Source: Selaginella moellendorffii (lineage: Eukaryota > Plantae > Lycopodiophyta). Taken from it: a DNA stretch of 64,000 bases. Every line of letters starts with the position of its first letter. Position 1 is the first letter of the stretch. Location: NCBI RefSeq assembly GCF_000143415.4, contig NW_003314264.1:2985710-3049709 (forward strand), read 5' to 3'. A program made the translations under genes and the position numbers. Shown piece by piece: positions 60,886 to 64,000 of this stretch. The notes below the pieces were generated by a model. The model saw only the letters and a list, made by a program, of their open reading frames with translations. It was not told where the DNA came from and ran no database searches.

Positions 60886-62624
60886 TGTGAGACACAAAGT
60901 CCCTAGGCCCCAAAGTGGAGCCGGAAAGGGTGCCATGTGGTAGTGGCTGAAGCGAGAGCCAAACGAGCATAACACGTTTGGACCAAAAGCTCCGACTTAA
61001 AAAGTCAAGAGCGGGAGTGGAACTCCCAACGAAGTGCTCGAGGAACGAGCACGAAGCGAGCAAAAAACGAGGCTCCAAAAAGGGACCCAAAAGGACCAAC
61101 ACATGACACGTGGAAGTGTCCGAGATGGACTCGAGTTGGAGTCCGAAGTGGAGTCCGAGATGGACTCGAGTTGGAGTCCGAAGTGGAGTCCGAGATGGAC
61201 CCGAGTTGGAGTCCGAAGTGGAGTCCGAGATGGACCCGAGTTGGAGTCCGAAGTGGAGTCCGAGATGGAGTCCGAGGTGGACCCGAGATGGACCCGAGAT
61301 GGAGTCTGAGATGGAGTCCGAGATGGAGTCCAAGGTGGACCCAAGATGGACCCGAAATGGAGTCCGAGATGGAGTCCGAGATGGACCCGAAATGGAGTCC
61401 GAGATGGACCCGAGATGGAGTCCGAGATGGACCCGAGATGGAGTCCGAGATGGAGTCCGAGATGGAGTCCGACGTCGAGACCGAGACCGGGACCGAGACC
61501 GAGACTGAGACCGAGACCGAGACCGAGATCGGGACCGAGAACGAGACCGAGGCCGAGGCCGAGACCGAGCCCGAGCCCGAGTCCGAGTCCGAGTCCGAGT
61601 CCGAGTCCGAGTCCAAGTTCGAGTCTGAGAGGGTGAAAGCCCAAAGCGTTCATCTCCCAGACCCTGGGGGGTTTGGTGAGCTCCAAAAGTATAGTAGGGG
61701 GGAGGACTGCAGTGGAGCCAGTTTGGCCAGGAAAGGCCAGTTTGGCCTAGGAAGGCCGGACCCAGTGTTGGGTGATGAGCTGCCCACTGGGAAGTCCAAA
61801 ACTAGAGTGAACACGGACCGACAAGCGGGGTAGCTTGGTGAAGTGTTCAAGAGCCGGCTCTAGTTCCCCCGGGAGATCAACTGGCCGATGCTCCCAGTCC
61901 AAGTGTGGGTGGCACTACCTACTTGGATACCAGGCGTGGCTCAACGGAACCTCGCTCTAAGCCCATGGCTAGAGCACCTAAAGGCGAAAGGTGGGGAGAG
62001 TACCCAGGTGGCTCACGTAAAGCCACGGTGTTCCAAAATGGTGTCCCAAAGTCCCAGACTGTGGAAAGGAAGAGGGGTAGCCCTCTGGTGGGGTGATCAA
62101 GGACACAGTCACTCAGTGAGGAAGTCCTCGAGGATAGTGGGACTTAGTGGTCGGGCCGGTGGCCTTGATCCAGTGGCAGTGTTGGCGAACACAGCCAAGG
62201 ACAGAAAGGGACTTGGTAGGGACCGGAACAGAGATATTGGGGAAGGCTATTCCCCATGTCTATAGGCATCCTAAGGATGTTAAGGAGTCGATCTGGGATG
62301 ATCCCTCATGGACGGATGACCCAGTCTTTGAGAGACGGGATTGGAATGCAGATGGTGTTGGACCACCAGTGTGACCAAGGTAATTGGGCATGGCCTTAGC
62401 GTAACGGGCCGGTACGTTGTTGGTACCTTGGGGTGTCGATCATGGGATTGGACACGTGGAGCACTTGGACCAAGTGCTAAGGTTGAGGGGCATGGATGCC
62501 ATTCTCGAGGCTAGCAAGCCCCAAGTCCGGAGTTGGACTTATGGAGGTTGTGAATGAGACTCCTCCAAGTGGTCGGAGGTGTGGTTAAGTGACTAAAGTA
62601 GAATGGAAAAATTAGTCGCTTACA
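60886..62624 (+). mobile_element. Family A solo LTR
   Basis: Complete LTR flanked by 5-bp TSD TTTTG (60881-60885, 62625-62629), with no PBS or PPT. Confidence 0.95.
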
Positions 62625-62724
62625 TTTTGGTTTAGATCTAGCTTTTTACATTGTCTAGATCTACCATTTCTTTCCAGCTTTTTGTCATTTCTCTTATTTT
62701 GCTTTTTCTTTTTCCTTCATCTTC

Positions 62725-63657
62725 ATGGCCGATCCGCAATCTCCTCCTTTGACTCTAGAGCAGCAGTTGGTTCACTTGCTTGATGCTATGCGCTTGCAAT
62801 TGAACAACCAAACTCAATTGATGGCGGCATTCACGGCACGTGGTCCAACTCCTCCTGCTCTTGGTGCATATCCTCGCGTTCGGCCGGAGTTCTTTCGTGG
62901 GAATCCTGGGGATGATGTGTACCATTGGTTCGATCACTTCACGGTGATTGCCACATATCATTCTTGGGATGATGCTCGACGTTTGCATGAGTTTCCCACG
63001 TGTCTCCAAGGGACGGCGTTGCAGTGGTACAATGGATTGAGTGCGGCCACTCGTGGGGATTGGAGTGTTCTTCCGGACATCTTCAAACGCGCCTTCGGAC
63101 ATGCCGACGATTGTGACGATGCCTTCCAACAATTGCATCGTCTTCGTCAAGGGCCATCTGAGTCGGTGATGCAATTTGGCGTTCGTTTCCGAAGTCTTTT
63201 GCTTCGTGTGGAGCCTAATATTTCGGAGCGGATCAAGCTAGGAATGTTGTGGCCAGCACTTCGTCAAGATCTTGTTGGCCTTGTGCATGCACTTGCTCCT
63301 GCCACCTTTGACGATGCTCTTCGCTTGGCACAACGTTATGAGACGTCACCTCTTCCACTTCTCGCTGCACGTCCTTCAGCTCCACTTCCTATGAGTGATA
63401 GTCCTGTTCCAATGGAGGTTGATGCTGCTGCTACTCGAGTCCAAGGACAAGGGCGAGGATGTGGTCGTGGCCATGATGTTCATTGCTGGGCGTGTGATGA
63501 AGTTGGTCATACTTATCGGCGTTGTCAGCGCTTTCTGGATTGGCAACCTCCATTTCCTGGGTGGAGACCTTGGCGTCAGCAACGTCCCATTGGTGCTTCT
63601 GCGGTGGAAGGTTTGGATACTGAGGTGCATTCGGGAAACGAGGAGTCGCGCGAGTAA
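62725..63657 (+). CDS. gag: Retrotransposon Gag protein
   Basis: RPEFFRG...WF..F; LQGTALQWY; LRQGPSESV; PVPMEVD; CCHC knuckle CWACDEVGHTYRRC. Confidence 0.9.
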   Translation: MADPQSPPLTLEQQLVHLLDAMRLQLNNQTQLMAAFTARGPTPPALGAYPRVRPEFFRGNPGDDVYHWFDHFTVIATYHSWDDARRLHEFPTCLQGTALQWYNGLSAATRGDWSVLPDIFKRAFGHADDCDDAFQQLHRLRQGPSESVMQFGVRFRSLLLRVEPNISERIKLGMLWPALRQDLVGLVHALAPATFDDALRLAQRYETSPLPLLAARPSAPLPMSDSPVPMEVDAAATRVQGQGRGCGRGHDVHCWACDEVGHTYRRCQRFLDWQPPFPGWRPWRQQRPIGASAVEGLDTEVHSGNEESRE

Positions 63658-63696
63658 TGGAGGGACCTTGCGCGAATAAGTTAGTGACCCCTCCAT
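63633..63696 (+). promoter_or_regulatory. Programmed -1 ribosomal frameshift signal (G GGA AAC plus H-type pseudoknot)
   Basis: Slippery heptamer 63633-63639 in the gag frame, 6-nt spacer, stem 1 63646-63654/63667-63675, stem 2 63657-63664/63689-63696. Confidence 0.75.
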
Positions 63697-64000
63697 CTTT
63701 CTTTCGGGAGTATCATCAAGGGGTTCACTCGGCACTGGTTCATCCAGTGTTTACTTTCCAAGCTCGTTTTTATAACAAGAGGTCTCCTATTCTTCTCTCC
63801 ATGTTGGTTGATACAAGTTTGAGTTTATCTTCTATTGCTCGACCTGTTGCCACACATTGTCGTCTACACTTGTGTCGTGCGGCGGATCCAGTTTTCATTC
63901 TTTATGGCAACGGCCGTACACATGCATGTGCACGAGATGAGGCGGACCTGGTTGTGCGTGTGGGCGATCTTGAGCTTGAGTTGCAGTCATTGCGGGTGGT
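63639..64000 (+). CDS. pol: Pol N-terminus (aspartic protease-like), -1 frame relative to gag, truncated by the window edge
   Basis: Open frame to the window end containing MLVDTSLSLSSI (D-T-G motif altered to D-T-S). Confidence 0.65.

Larger units (their letters stand above)
60602..64000 (+). mobile_element. Family B Ty3/gypsy element, 5' part (168-bp LTR 60602-60769, PBS, leader, gag, start of pol)
   Basis: TGTGAG...CTCACA LTR, PBS TGGTGGAGATG at 60771-60781, gag ORF, protease-like frame to the window end. Confidence 0.88.

Overview
Plant nuclear DNA, probably from a non-seed land plant (inference from PLS-type PPR debris, a Sola-like transposon and ~50-nt introns; the species cannot be determined). 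The window has three parts. (1) 1-8.3 kb and 59.6-64 kb are nested LTR retrotransposons of two families. Family A has 1.6-1.8-kb LTRs containing a satellite and a non-coding interior. Family B has ~170-bp LTRs, a tRNA-Ala-like PBS and a gag/pol -1 frameshift pseudoknot. (2) 11.8-35.8 kb is a rearranged cluster of intronless carotenoid cleavage dioxygenase (NCED/CCD4-like) genes: one intact copy, one 5'-deleted copy and several pseudogene copies, mixed with NPF-transporter and PPR fragments. It was built by a ~7-8-kb tandem duplication and a ~3.4-kb inverted duplication. (3) 37514-58556 is a large DNA transposon with 27-bp TIRs and a CTTT target-site duplication (~13.3 kb without a nested 7.7-kb LTR element). 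It encodes a Sola1-like transposase and, divergently, a ~1,600-aa multi-exon protein with ParB-like, degenerate methyltransferase-like, acidic and FCP1-like HAD phosphatase regions. About 25 copies of a 24-bp palindrome (AATGGCRTG-N6-CAYGCCATT) lie in its introns, intergenic DNA and exons, and I saw none outside it. This palindrome-plus-cargo-protein arrangement is the best candidate for an undescribed system.
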